The position numbers and the translations under genes were made by a program. Shown here piece by piece: positions 26,784 to 36,688 of a stretch of DNA of 50,837 nt. The stretch lies in the sequence record SRR2962707_2752; one strand, written 5' to 3'. Within the stretch, counting starts at the first letter, position 1. Each line of letters begins with the position of its first letter. Below the pieces are notes generated by a model, which ran no database searches, was not told where the DNA came from, and was given only the letters and a program-made list of their open reading frames with translations.

Positions 26784-28376
26784 ATGCGCCAGTCTCATAC
26801 GTTCAAAAAACTACTCCTTATTGCCGCCATGTCCGGGGGGCTTTTGCTTGCCGGCTGTGACGGCGACGATGGTAAAGACGGCAAGGATGGTGCCGACGGG
26901 CAGTCAGCCGGTGGCGAAGCCAGTTCTCCGCTCGCAGTTACCACGTCCGGGTTTGCGATCCCGGGTGATGCGATCCTGGTGGCTCCCGATGCTGCTGATG
27001 GGGATGACATTACGGAAGCCTTGTCGGTCGCCCTTTTTGATCTGCCTGAAGATGCTCTTGTGGTGTTGCCAAAAGGGCGATTTGTGGTGACCGAAAGCAT
27101 CGTTGTGAACAGCGCAAGCGGGTTAACACTGACCGGGCATGGTATTCACGAAACTGTTCTCGATTTCAGCACTTCCAATGGTGATGACGCCTTTCGTTTC
27201 CAGGGCGGGAATGGCATTACCGTGCGTGATATGGCGGTGTACGAGGCACCCAAGAACGGCATCAAGGCCACCAACGTCAATGGCATTCACATGACGTACA
27301 CCGCCACCGTCTGGGAGGGCGAGCTTGAGGCAAACAATGGTGCCTATGGCTTGTATCCGCTCAAGAGTCAGAACGTGTTGCTGGAGAACAACTATGCCTT
27401 CGGATCGGCGGATGCCGGAATCTATGTTGGTCAGTCTGAGAACATTGTTGTTCGTAATAACACGGCCAAGCAAAACGTGGCTGGTATCGAAATTGAGAAT
27501 TCCACCATGGCCGACGTCTACAACAACATCGCGGTGGGCAATTCCGGCGGTATTCTGGTGTTTGATTTGCCGGGGCTGGATAAAGCCTATGGCGGTAACG
27601 TCCGGATTTTCAATAATCACGCCTACAGCAACAACGCAGCCAATGTCGGGGCCGGCGTGGTCGGGCTGGTGCCGCCTGGTACTGGCGCTCTGATCCTCGC
27701 CACCAGCGATGTGGAGATGTACAACAATCAGCTTGCGGACAACGCTACAACGGCCGTCGCCATTACCAGCTACTTGCTGGTGGATGATGATCTGGCCAAC
27801 TACCCCGCCAACTACGGTGCCACCATGGGTGACGGCTGGAGCCCAACCCTCAAAAACGTGTACCTGCACAACAATACCATTGCCCGTAACGGCGATGACC
27901 CACAGGGAGCCTTGCTGCAACCCATCATTGATGGCTACGGCTCCAATATGAACAGCAAGGGCTCGCCCCAGACCTTCCCGGCCATCCTCTACGATGGTAT
28001 TGGAGAACTGCTCTCCAACACCGGTGATTTGGCGGGATTCAATGCACTGGTTGGTCCGGACGCTCAGGCGGATGGCGTGAACTATGATCCGTATGGTGCT
28101 GGCGACCAGATCTGCGCCAACAGCAATATCAACGCTAACCCGGCCCCGGCCTACGATGAGGTCAACACCGGCCTGGTATACCCCGACGACCCTGCTGATG
28201 TGACACAGGTGGATGGTGAGGGTAACCCGTTGCCGCATCTGTTGATTGATCAGATGGTCAACAATACCTACCTGAATTGTGTCCAGCCGAGACTGGCACC
28301 TGCCGTGGTGAATTTCCGCAACAACATCTACGGCTGTACCGGTGATGACCTGGCAGAAGCGGCCTGTGCGCTCTAA
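26784..28376 (+). CDS. Parallel beta-helix repeat lipoprotein (TIGR03805-like)
   Basis: Lipobox LLAGC, GxY repeat, NGAYGLYP, SADAGIYVGQS, NVAGIEIENS, GGILVFDLP. Confidence 0.85.
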   Translation: MRQSHTFKKLLLIAAMSGGLLLAGCDGDDGKDGKDGADGQSAGGEASSPLAVTTSGFAIPGDAILVAPDAADGDDITEALSVALFDLPEDALVVLPKGRFVVTESIVVNSASGLTLTGHGIHETVLDFSTSNGDDAFRFQGGNGITVRDMAVYEAPKNGIKATNVNGIHMTYTATVWEGELEANNGAYGLYPLKSQNVLLENNYAFGSADAGIYVGQSENIVVRNNTAKQNVAGIEIENSTMADVYNNIAVGNSGGILVFDLPGLDKAYGGNVRIFNNHAYSNNAANVGAGVVGLVPPGTGALILATSDVEMYNNQLADNATTAVAITSYLLVDDDLANYPANYGATMGDGWSPTLKNVYLHNNTIARNGDDPQGALLQPIIDGYGSNMNSKGSPQTFPAILYDGIGELLSNTGDLAGFNALVGPDAQADGVNYDPYGAGDQICANSNINANPAPAYDEVNTGLVYPDDPADVTQVDGEGNPLPHLLIDQMVNNTYLNCVQPRLAPAVVNFRNNIYGCTGDDLAEAACAL

Positions 28377-28417
28377 GCGCAACGCCGGATTCATGATCGC
28401 CCGCATCCATCAAGACA

Positions 28418-28453
28418 GGAAGGGGCCGCCAGAACAGCCTGGCGGCCCCTTCC
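28418..28453 (+). other. Intergenic 15-bp stem-loop without U-tract
   Basis: GGAAGGGGCCGCCAG-AACAGC-CTGGCGGCCCCTTCC. Confidence 0.7.
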
Positions 28454-28473
28454 GTGGCAAGAGAGCATTTCCG

Positions 28474-29748
28474 ATGAGAAACAATAAGAACGCAATGATC
28501 GCGGCGCTGATGGCGTCGATGTTGATGGCCGCCTGTGGTGGCGGAGGCTCGTCTTCAGACGATGGCGACAGCCCCGCCAGTACCGCCCTGAATGCAGGCA
28601 CTGGTGCACCGTCCGGTGCAAAGGGGAGTTGCGATGCGCAAACCCGAGGTGTGAACTGGGATGCGCTGATGACCGAAGTGTGCCCGAATCTTTCCGACTA
28701 CAAACTGTTTACCGATGCCAGTGACCCGACAGCGGGACCAACCCGGGGCGGGGTGCCCTACGATCTCTCTACGGCGTTATTCTCGGACTACACCACCAAG
28801 TATCGGTTTGTGTTTGTGCCTGAGGGCAAAACCGTCAGCTTTGACGAATCTGAAGCTCTGGATTTCCCGGTCGGCACTGTGATTACCAAAACCTTTGCCT
28901 TACCGGCCAACACCGCGATGCGAGATGGCGACGAACTGGTGATCGAGACCCGGTTGCTGATCCACCGGACCGACGGCTGGATGGCGTTGCCTTATTATTG
29001 GTCCTCAGAGACCGATGCCACCCTGGCCATTGCGGGTAAGCGGCTGACGGATCTGTCCACCATCAACAATCAGGGGCAGACGCTGACGTTCGATTATGCG
29101 GTGCCCAAAGCCGCGGACTGTACGTCTTGCCATTCCATCGTTCCGAATCTGACAGGCCCGGACGATCAACGAGAACAGATTTTCCTGCCCATTGGTCCCA
29201 AGGCCCGCTATCTGAACAAGGACTTCACCTATCCGGATGGCACGGTATACAACCAGCTTCAGTACTGGGCGGAAGGCGAGTTACTGTCTGGACTACCTGC
29301 GGATTTCAACAGCGTAGAGAAGGCTGCGGTATTCAATGATGAGACGAATGTGGCGTCGCTCAGTGACAGCGAGCTGAATGACAAGGCCCGAGCCTATCTG
29401 GACATCAACTGTGCTCATTGCCACCGTGCTGATCTTACCTTGCCTGAGGGCTACGCCGGTGCGGCCGGCAGCAGTGGTGTTCAGCTCGAGTACAATCGCC
29501 GTTATGCGGATGCACCTGGCAAATTTGGTGTCTGCAAAGATCCGGTAGCGGGAGGGAAAGACGGCTATCCCTATGACGTTATCCCTGGCAATGCCGATGA
29601 ATCGTATCTGCAGTTCCGCATCGAAACCACGGATAGCCGACACAAGATGCCTGAGCTTGGCCGGAGTACGGTTCACCAGGAGGGAGCTCTTCTGATTCGC
29701 AGCTGGATCAATCAGTTGCCTCTGGCGAGTTGCTCCCCGGTGCCTTAG
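28474..29748 (+). CDS. SO2930-family diheme c-type cytochrome lipoprotein (TIGR03806-like)
   Basis: Lipobox MAAC; LFSDYTTKYRF, FPVGTVITKTF, IETRLL; heme motifs CTSCH and CAHCH; MPELGRS. Confidence 0.85.
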   Translation: MRNNKNAMIAALMASMLMAACGGGGSSSDDGDSPASTALNAGTGAPSGAKGSCDAQTRGVNWDALMTEVCPNLSDYKLFTDASDPTAGPTRGGVPYDLSTALFSDYTTKYRFVFVPEGKTVSFDESEALDFPVGTVITKTFALPANTAMRDGDELVIETRLLIHRTDGWMALPYYWSSETDATLAIAGKRLTDLSTINNQGQTLTFDYAVPKAADCTSCHSIVPNLTGPDDQREQIFLPIGPKARYLNKDFTYPDGTVYNQLQYWAEGELLSGLPADFNSVEKAAVFNDETNVASLSDSELNDKARAYLDINCAHCHRADLTLPEGYAGAAGSSGVQLEYNRRYADAPGKFGVCKDPVAGGKDGYPYDVIPGNADESYLQFRIETTDSRHKMPELGRSTVHQEGALLIRSWINQLPLASCSPVP

Positions 29749-29768
29749 AAACATGGTGGAGCATGAGC

Positions 29769-29800
29769 GCCGGGGGACTGGTATTGCACACTCCCCCGGC
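29769..29800 (+). terminator. Probable terminator after the cytochrome gene
   Basis: GCCGGGGGA...TCCCCCGGC followed by AATTATTT. Confidence 0.55.
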
Positions 29801-29873
29801 AATTATTTCCTGTTTCAGATACACTGTTGCTTTGATATTGGCGAACAGGCCGATATCCAATCGGGGAAATCTC

Positions 29874-30035
29874 ATGAGCAAGAAAGTCGTCAAAGTTGTT
29901 TTAACGTCTGCAGAGATTGAAGAGCAGACGGTTGCCTTTTTAAAGTCCGGTGGGCGCGTTGAGTATGTGGCTAAAGGTAAGAGTTCGCAGTTGACCTCGG
30001 CTGGCCCGAAGCAGATTAATCTGAAGAGTAATTAA
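29874..30035 (+). CDS. Small protein with SutA-like RNA polymerase-binding motif
   Basis: IEEQTVAFLKSGGRVEYV resembles the FLxxGGxV motif; GGGGA SD and its own terminator. Confidence 0.6.
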   Translation: MSKKVVKVVLTSAEIEEQTVAFLKSGGRVEYVAKGKSSQLTSAGPKQINLKSN

Positions 30036-30045
30036 GAGATTTTTA

Positions 30046-30071
30046 AAAAAGGTAGCCTCGGCTGCCTTTTT
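30046..30071 (+). terminator. Intrinsic terminator
   Basis: AAAAAGGTAGC-CTCG-GCTGCCTTTTT. Confidence 0.75.
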
Positions 30072-30188
30072 GTTTATGTGCCACTCATATCAGTCGAACC
30101 ACACCATAAAATATCGTAACCACTGGCCGGCAGCAGGCAAGCTACACTCTTCTGAATCATGGATCTGATATGAGGCATAGCTGCGGTT

Positions 30189-31349
30189 ATGAGTCACAAC
30201 GAGGAAAGCCCGGGTGTCGGGTCGGGTTCGGGTGAACAGGACTCAACCACGGCCCTGATTGAAGCCATCAATATCCGCAGCATGTCGTTGATTGTGCTGA
30301 CCAGCATCGCCTCCCTGTATTTTATCGACTGGGCCCAGCCTGTTCTGCTGCCACTTGTGGTCGCAGTTTTGATCAGTTACGCCCTGGATCCGCTGGTGGC
30401 GACACTGGATCGGATTCACATACCCCGTCCATTGGGTGCAGCTCTGGTTCTTTGCGCACTGATAGCGATTCTGGCGGCGGCAAGTGTGCCGCTCAAGCAG
30501 GAAGCCATGGCCATGCTGGACAAGATTCCCCAGGCCATCAAGGAGCTTCAGCGTGAAGATGCGTCTGCGTCCGAGGATGAAGAAAGCATCATGGAGAAAG
30601 CGCAGATTGCCGCCAAGCAGATTGAGGAAACCGCCGAGAAAAGCCAGGAGGAACCGGCTGTTCAGGCCGGCGTGACACCCGTGCGGCTGGTGGACGAGCC
30701 GATGGACGTTCGTGATTACGTGATCCGCAACTCGCCGGCCACATTAGTGCTGATTTCCCAGATGTTTTCTGTGCTTTTACTGGTGTTTTTCCTGCTTTCC
30801 GTCGGCAAGCTATACCGGCGCAAGATCGTTAGAATATCCGGTCCGTCGTTCCGGCGTATGCGCAAGGCGGCACGAATTATGAACGAGCTGCATCACCAGG
30901 TACGCCGGTTCCTTTTTGTCATGGTCATCAGTGCGCTTTTTGTCGGCATTCTCACCTGGCTGGCATTCCTGCTATTAGGAGTTGAGCAAGCGGCGCTGTG
31001 GGGCGTCGTGGCTGGTATTGCCAGTGGTGTGCCGTATCTGGGGCCTTTCCTGGTTCTGGTCGGCTCTGGGGTGGCCGCATTCCTGCAGTTCGGCGAGCTC
31101 AATACTGCCGTGATTGTTGCGCTTACATCGCTGGTCATCACCAGTATTCAGGGGAATCTGCTGATGCCGTGGCTGACGAGTTACGTCTCCAGTTTGAATG
31201 CCGTCGCTATTTTTATCGGGTTGTTGTTCTGGGGTTGGTTGTGGGGGCCAGTGGGCTTGATTGTGGCTACGCCCATTCTCATGATCGCAAAGTCCGTGTG
31301 CGATCATGTGGTGAACTTTCGTCCGGTAGGGGAGCTGTTGGGTAAATGA
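30189..31349 (+). CDS. AI-2E (PerM) family transporter
   Basis: VPYLGP, IQGNLLMP, FWGWLWGPVGLIVATP. Confidence 0.9.
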   Translation: MSHNEESPGVGSGSGEQDSTTALIEAINIRSMSLIVLTSIASLYFIDWAQPVLLPLVVAVLISYALDPLVATLDRIHIPRPLGAALVLCALIAILAAASVPLKQEAMAMLDKIPQAIKELQREDASASEDEESIMEKAQIAAKQIEETAEKSQEEPAVQAGVTPVRLVDEPMDVRDYVIRNSPATLVLISQMFSVLLLVFFLLSVGKLYRRKIVRISGPSFRRMRKAARIMNELHHQVRRFLFVMVISALFVGILTWLAFLLLGVEQAALWGVVAGIASGVPYLGPFLVLVGSGVAAFLQFGELNTAVIVALTSLVITSIQGNLLMPWLTSYVSSLNAVAIFIGLLFWGWLWGPVGLIVATPILMIAKSVCDHVVNFRPVGELLGK

Positions 31350-31368
31350 TTCGGGTGTGACCACAGCT

Positions 31369-31821
31369 TCAATCCTTGATGACTTCTCGCTCGAATCGGC
31401 CAAGCACGACCACGATAATCAGTGAAAGCACCGTCACCATGCTGGCAAGGGCCAGGGTGCCAAGGCCGCAGGCTACGCCAATGGCGCCGGATACCCAGAT
31501 GGAGGCTCCCGTGGTAATGCCCTGAACATTGCCGCGGCTCTGGATGATACTGCCGGCGCCCAGAAAGCCAATGCCGCCAATCACGCCTTCGACAATGCGT
31601 GTGGGGTCTATTCGGGCGGAAGGGTCGCCTTCCGCCGTGGCGAGCAAAATGTGCATGCCCATCATGATGAATGCGGATGCCCCCACGGAGACGAGCATGT
31701 GCGATCGCAGTCCCGCTGGCTTCCCTCGTAGTTCACGTTCAAGCCCAAGCACCAGTGCCAGGCCAGCCGCCATAAGCAGTCGAATGACCATGTCCATTAA
31801 GGGGATTTCGCTTTCCAGCAC
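31369..31821 (-). CDS. MgtC/SapB family membrane protein
   Basis: GLERE..GKPAGLRSH, DPTRI, GIGFLGAGSI, GITTGASIW. Confidence 0.92.
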   Translation of the reverse strand: MLESEIPLMDMVIRLLMAAGLALVLGLERELRGKPAGLRSHMLVSVGASAFIMMGMHILLATAEGDPSARIDPTRIVEGVIGGIGFLGAGSIIQSRGNVQGITTGASIWVSGAIGVACGLGTLALASMVTVLSLIIVVVLGRFEREVIKD

Positions 31822-31895
31822 AGATCGTCTCCTGGTCTTTCAGTTTTGTTTGTATCTGCTCACGCAGATTAGCAGGTAAGGCCGTGATCGTCCTA

Positions 31896-32495
31896 TTATG
31901 AGGTTACTGCCGACACGGTTCCGTGCCATATTGGCAATTCCATATCCTCGGGATCTTCGTTGGGGCCACCGGTCCGGCTCTTGAATGAGCCTTCCTCAAT
32001 CGGTATCCGGAACAGCGCGGTTGCCTGGCGCTCCTTCTGGTTCGGTGCCCGTACCTGCTCCCAACGCCCTGGCTCAATCTGGTTGATGATGGCCCGGAAT
32101 GCGGCGTCGAATTCTGCAGTGTCCTCTACGAGTTGGGCGGGGCCGAACAATACCAGAGATTCGTAGTTGGCGCTGTGGTGGTACGCAGACTTGGTCAAAA
32201 CCCATTCATTGGTGACGGCAAACGAGATGCAAAGGAGTTGGCCCGAGCCGAGGCGTTTTGACAACCGGCCTCCATTGAGGGTGTGAACGTACAGGTGGTC
32301 ATCCATTCGCCAGGCGGTAATCGGGATGATGCGGGGCTCGCCGTCCTCCACAAAGCCCAGGTGCGCGGTTTTGAGTCGGTCAATCAGCGTATAGGCAACC
32401 TGGCGGTCCACCGATGCTCTTTTTGTGGCCCGCCTCACGGTGCTCCTTGGGCAGGACGTGAGAGGTGAGGCTAGTTGAGTATCTGGCTGATTCAT
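31896..32495 (-). CDS. Pyridoxamine 5'-phosphate oxidase-like flavin-binding protein
   Basis: AHLGFV, SAYHHSANYESLVLFG, KSRTGGP; divergent from a MocR gene. Confidence 0.85.
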   Translation of the reverse strand: MNQPDTQLASPLTSCPRSTVRRATKRASVDRQVAYTLIDRLKTAHLGFVEDGEPRIIPITAWRMDDHLYVHTLNGGRLSKRLGSGQLLCISFAVTNEWVLTKSAYHHSANYESLVLFGPAQLVEDTAEFDAAFRAIINQIEPGRWEQVRAPNQKERQATALFRIPIEEGSFKSRTGGPNEDPEDMELPIWHGTVSAVTS

Positions 32496-32599
32496 TCGCT
32501 GGTCCTCAAAGTTGTAGGTTGGACAGTTGCGTTCTATTTCACGTCACTTCTGATACCCTCAAAAGACCCAGATTGTGTTTTTTTATAGGACCAGTGGTT

Positions 32600-34027
32600 G
32601 TGATTGATGATATTCGGTTTGATGCTGACCAACCTCTGCAGCTTCAGCTCTATCGACAGTTGGCTGATCGAATTCTGGCTCAACGTTATCCTCCGGGACA
32701 ACGGTTGCCGTCCAGTCGCCAGATGGCGGAGGATCTTGGCGTCAGTCGGAACACAGTGAATGCGGTCTACGATCAGTTGAAAGCAGAAGGCTTCCTTCAG
32801 AGCCAGGCAGGTAGGGGAGTATTCGTTCACGAGGATATCGGGTCGGCTATCGAACCGGCTGGAAAAAAATTGCAAATACCCTCCGGCGGGAGTTTCCGAC
32901 TGCCTTCACTGCCAGACAGGTTGCATGGGACTCCCCGCAGAGCGGAAGATGCCTGCCTGCCATTTCAGCCCGGCCTGCCGGATCTCGATGCCTTTCCCGT
33001 CAACGCCTGGAACCGCGTGCTGCACCATCAGGAAAGCCGGCGGGGGCTTCGCGGTTATGACAGTACTCAGGGCTACCTGCCGCTGCGGACGGCCATTGCG
33101 GACTACCTCCAAACGTCGCGTGGCGTGCGTTGCCATGCCGATCAGATAGTGATCACCAATGGTGCGCAGCAGGCTTTGTCGTTGCTGGCGGATGTGTTTC
33201 TGAGCCCCGGCGATCGTGTCCTTTGCGAGAATCCGGGCTATCGAGGTGCCCGCAACGCGCTGGGGCGCCTTGGCAACCCGTTGGTGCCCATTCCCCTGAA
33301 AAATCAGGTTCTTGATGTGACCGCTTTGCCACATCTGGGCTCGGCCAGGTTGCTGTTCTGCACCCCCACCCATCAATATCCCATGGGGGGGATTCTGGAC
33401 CTCTCCCAACGGATGGCCCTGGTGCAGTGGGCTCGGCAGAACGATTGCTGGATAGTGGAAGACGACTATGACAGCGAATTTCATTTCTTCAACAAGCCGT
33501 TTGCGGCGGTGCAGGGTATGTTCGACAATGCGCCGGTACTGTACGTGGGAAGTTTCAGCAAAACGCTGCTGCCGGCATTAAGAGTGGGATATGTCGTTCT
33601 TCCGGAGGAAGTAGTGGAGCCGGTGCTCTGGGCCAAACAGGTCAGTGGTGGCGAAACGCCCTTGCTGATACAGGCCACTATTGCCGAGTTTATGGAGAGT
33701 GGCCAGTTAGTTCGACACGTTCGCCGGATGCGTCAGTTGTATCGGGACAAGTGGCAATACTTCCAGGACGCGGTGCAGAGGAAACTCGGGGATCTGGTGC
33801 ACCCGGTGGCCGAGAGTGCGGGTATGCATCTTGTGCTTGAAGGCCGGTTTGATGACTCAGCCTTGAGTGGATGGCTGAGGAAACAAGGCTTTGGCAGCAC
33901 GCCATTGAGTGCGCACTACATCGGAGATACCGCATCATCCGGTCTGGTCATGGGGTTTGCCAGTGCCAGTGAGCGGGAAATGGAGGATTGCGTCAGCATC
34001 CTCAGAAGCGCGTTAACCCGAATGTAA
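32600..34027 (+). CDS. MocR/GabR-type GntR regulator with PLP-dependent aminotransferase domain
   Basis: RLPSSRQMAEDLGVSRNTV HTH; TPTHQYP, IVEDDYDSEF, GSFSK; start approximate. Confidence 0.9.
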   Translation: MIDDIRFDADQPLQLQLYRQLADRILAQRYPPGQRLPSSRQMAEDLGVSRNTVNAVYDQLKAEGFLQSQAGRGVFVHEDIGSAIEPAGKKLQIPSGGSFRLPSLPDRLHGTPRRAEDACLPFQPGLPDLDAFPVNAWNRVLHHQESRRGLRGYDSTQGYLPLRTAIADYLQTSRGVRCHADQIVITNGAQQALSLLADVFLSPGDRVLCENPGYRGARNALGRLGNPLVPIPLKNQVLDVTALPHLGSARLLFCTPTHQYPMGGILDLSQRMALVQWARQNDCWIVEDDYDSEFHFFNKPFAAVQGMFDNAPVLYVGSFSKTLLPALRVGYVVLPEEVVEPVLWAKQVSGGETPLLIQATIAEFMESGQLVRHVRRMRQLYRDKWQYFQDAVQRKLGDLVHPVAESAGMHLVLEGRFDDSALSGWLRKQGFGSTPLSAHYIGDTASSGLVMGFASASEREMEDCVSILRSALTRM

Positions 34028-34078
34028 GCGCAGCTTGTAATTGACTCAAAATCCGTTGGAATAGCAAAGGGAAGCAGC

Positions 34079-34534
34079 ATGACAACACCATCCGAGGCGA
34101 GACAGCGCGCCATTCTGGATCGTCTTGACCGGTTCAGTCGTCTGATGGACAGCAGCATCGGCCTTCCATTTACCAGGTTCCGGATTGGCATAGAGGCCAT
34201 CATCGGGCTGTTACCGGTGGTTGGTGATATGGCTGGCCTGATCCTGTCGGGCTATGTGCTGGTAGAAGCGCAACGGGCGGGCGCCAGCAAGGCTGTGAAG
34301 TTAAGAATGCTCAGAAATATGGTCATCGATTTTCTGGGTGGCCTGTTGCCGGTGGTGGGAGATGCCTTTGATGCCGTGTATAAGGCGAATACTCGCAATA
34401 CCAGACTGCTGAGAAACTATCTTGAGAAGGAATTGGCGATTGAACCACCGCCACCGCCGTTCCCCTGGGGAACGCTGATTGGGTTGTCGATCCTGTTTGC
34501 CGTGATAACCGGTGGTTTGTCGCTCATTCTTTGA
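34079..34534 (+). CDS. DUF4112 membrane protein
   Basis: LMDSSI...IIGLLPVVGD...GDAFDAVYKANTRN. Confidence 0.88.
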   Translation: MTTPSEARQRAILDRLDRFSRLMDSSIGLPFTRFRIGIEAIIGLLPVVGDMAGLILSGYVLVEAQRAGASKAVKLRMLRNMVIDFLGGLLPVVGDAFDAVYKANTRNTRLLRNYLEKELAIEPPPPPFPWGTLIGLSILFAVITGGLSLIL

Positions 34535-34560
34535 ACACCCGAACTGACTATGGATAGAGC

Positions 34561-35298
34561 ATGATGCTGGACGCACTTCAGGCCAATGGCCTTATGCAGA
34601 TACTACTACTGACATTGATGGCCGGTCTTGCAATGCCTGTGGGCGCAGCACTGGCATCGGTGGAGCGTATTCACCCGCGCTGGCTGGAAACCGAGGTGCG
34701 GCACAGTGTGATCGCGTTTGGTGGTGGCGCGCTGCTGGCGGCGGTTGCGCTGGTACTGGTGCCAGAAGGGACGGCTAACCTGCCCATGGTGGGTATCGTT
34801 GTCTGTTTTGCCGGAGGCGGTATCAGCTTTATGCTTCTGGATCGATGGCTGGCTGCCAACGGCACACCGGCGAGCCAGTTGGTGGCCATGCTTTCGGATT
34901 TTGTGCCGGAAGCCATGGCCCTCGGCGCCACTTTCTCGGTGTCCAGTGAGGGCGGAATTCTGCTGGCCGGCATCATTGCGTTGCAGAATATTCCGGAGGG
35001 CTTTAACTCCTATCGGGAACTGGTTGACGCGACCCATTATCGAGGATTGAAGATTGTGGGTGCCCTGGCGCTGATGGCGTTGCTTGGGCCGGTGGCCGGT
35101 GCCCTTGGCTACTTTCTGCTGTCGGATGCCCCGAGTGTGGTATCCGGCATCATGCTGTTTGCGGCAGGCGGTATTCTCTACATCATTTTCCAGGACATAG
35201 CGCCTCAGGTACGCCTGAAAAAACACTGGGCGCCACCATTGGGGGCGCTTGCGGGCTTCCTGCTTGGGGTGATGGGAGAGGTGGCGTTATCCGGATAG
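34561..35298 (+). CDS. ZIP family divalent metal transporter
   Basis: DFVPEAMALG, QNIPEGF, FAAGGILY; multiple TM segments. Confidence 0.85.
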   Translation: MMLDALQANGLMQILLLTLMAGLAMPVGAALASVERIHPRWLETEVRHSVIAFGGGALLAAVALVLVPEGTANLPMVGIVVCFAGGGISFMLLDRWLAANGTPASQLVAMLSDFVPEAMALGATFSVSSEGGILLAGIIALQNIPEGFNSYRELVDATHYRGLKIVGALALMALLGPVAGALGYFLLSDAPSVVSGIMLFAAGGILYIIFQDIAPQVRLKKHWAPPLGALAGFLLGVMGEVALSG

Positions 35299-35380
35299 GG
35301 GACGTTCCGGCGTAGTTTGGCTATCATTCTGCCCTTCATGCGTTGTTTACTTTTTATTTTCCCAGAACAGGAGACTAACC

Positions 35381-35836
35381 GTGGCGGATACATCACTTAA
35401 GGAAAAACTTTCCAGCGCAGTCAAGGACGCAATGCGGAGCAAGGACAAAGATCGCCTGGTAACGCTGCGTATGGCTCAGGCTGCGGTGAAGCAGATTGAG
35501 GTCGACGAGCGCCGGGAACTCACTGATGACGATGTTCTGAAGGTGCTGGACAAGATGTTGAAACAGCGCCGGGACGCCGCTGCACAATATGATGATGCAG
35601 GCCGGGGCGAACTGGCAGACAAAGAGCGCTCGGAGATGGTGATCATCGAGGAGTTTATGCCTGCCGCGCTGTCTGAGGACGATCTGGATGCGCTTATCCG
35701 CGCAGCCATTAACGCGACGGGAGCCTCCGGTATGCAGGACATGGGAAACGTGATGAATGAACTCAAGCCTCAGGTGCTCGGCCGGGTGGATATGGGGCAT
35801 CTGAGCAAGAAAGTTCGAGCTGCGCTGGCGGGCTAA
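35381..35836 (+). CDS. GatB/YqeY domain protein
   Basis: KDAMRSKDK..LR, KQRRDAA..Y, DMGNVM, GRVDM. Confidence 0.92.
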   Translation: MADTSLKEKLSSAVKDAMRSKDKDRLVTLRMAQAAVKQIEVDERRELTDDDVLKVLDKMLKQRRDAAAQYDDAGRGELADKERSEMVIIEEFMPAALSEDDLDALIRAAINATGASGMQDMGNVMNELKPQVLGRVDMGHLSKKVRAALAG

Positions 35837-35860
35837 GCCAGCGCTGGGACCACGGCCTGG

Positions 35861-36529
35861 TCAGGCGAAGTCGTAGTCTCCACCTTTCTCCAGTGCTCTC
35901 TGGTACGCGGGGCGCGCATGCACCCGCGCTACCCATGCCTTGATGTTTGGCCTGTCGTTACCAACGATGCCCCTGGCGACGGACGCCTCCAGAGGAAAGC
36001 TCATCTGAATATCCGCCGCACTCAGCTGTTCCCCAAGAAACCAGGTGTTTTTGGCCAGTTGTGACTCCACGAAGTCCAGGTGGGTCTTGATCATCGGGCC
36101 GATAAAAATCTGGTTGGTTTTGTCCGAAATTCCTTTGGCGATCGGCTTGATAAAGAACGGCATTGGGCTGGTCTTCACCTTTTCAAACACCAGGCGCATG
36201 ACCAGCGGTGGCATCAGTGAGCCCTCGGCATAGTGCATCCAGTAGGTGTAATCCAGCCACTGTTGGCCTCCGGCTTCGGGCAGCATGGTGTCTTTACCAT
36301 AAGTGTGCGCCAGATATTCGATGATGGCACCGGATTCGGCAACCACCAGATCTCCGTCGGTGATGATCGGGGACTTTCCGAGGGGGTGCACTTTCTTGAG
36401 ACTGGCTGGAGCCAGCATGGTTTCAGGGTCGCGCTCATAGCGCTGGATCTCGTAGGGTACGCCCAGTTCTTCCAGCATCCAGAGAATGCGTTGTGAACGT
36501 GAATTATTGAGGTGGTGAACTGTGATCAT
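35861..36529 (-). CDS. Glutathione S-transferase
   Basis: HHLNNSRSQRILWMLEEL, HPLGKSP, AESGAI. Confidence 0.93.
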   Translation of the reverse strand: MITVHHLNNSRSQRILWMLEELGVPYEIQRYERDPETMLAPASLKKVHPLGKSPIITDGDLVVAESGAIIEYLAHTYGKDTMLPEAGGQQWLDYTYWMHYAEGSLMPPLVMRLVFEKVKTSPMPFFIKPIAKGISDKTNQIFIGPMIKTHLDFVESQLAKNTWFLGEQLSAADIQMSFPLEASVARGIVGNDRPNIKAWVARVHARPAYQRALEKGGDYDFA

Positions 36530-36688
36530 TCGGAAGCTCCGTTCCCGTTTTATAAGTGGTCAGGGTAGTACAGTAGGCTGAAAAAGGCTGATTGGTTCAC
36601 TCGAAATGTAGTATTCCGCTGTTACCTATCCCTGCTGAAAGTGGCGCATGATGGATATGCATTGTTGATCAAACAGGGAGGAATGAAC

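Noticed and set aside
27123-28406. Long antisense ORFs (also 41153-42511, 21655-22743, 49020-49841)
   Set aside because: Shadows of well-supported GC-rich genes on the opposite strand, with no recognisable motifs
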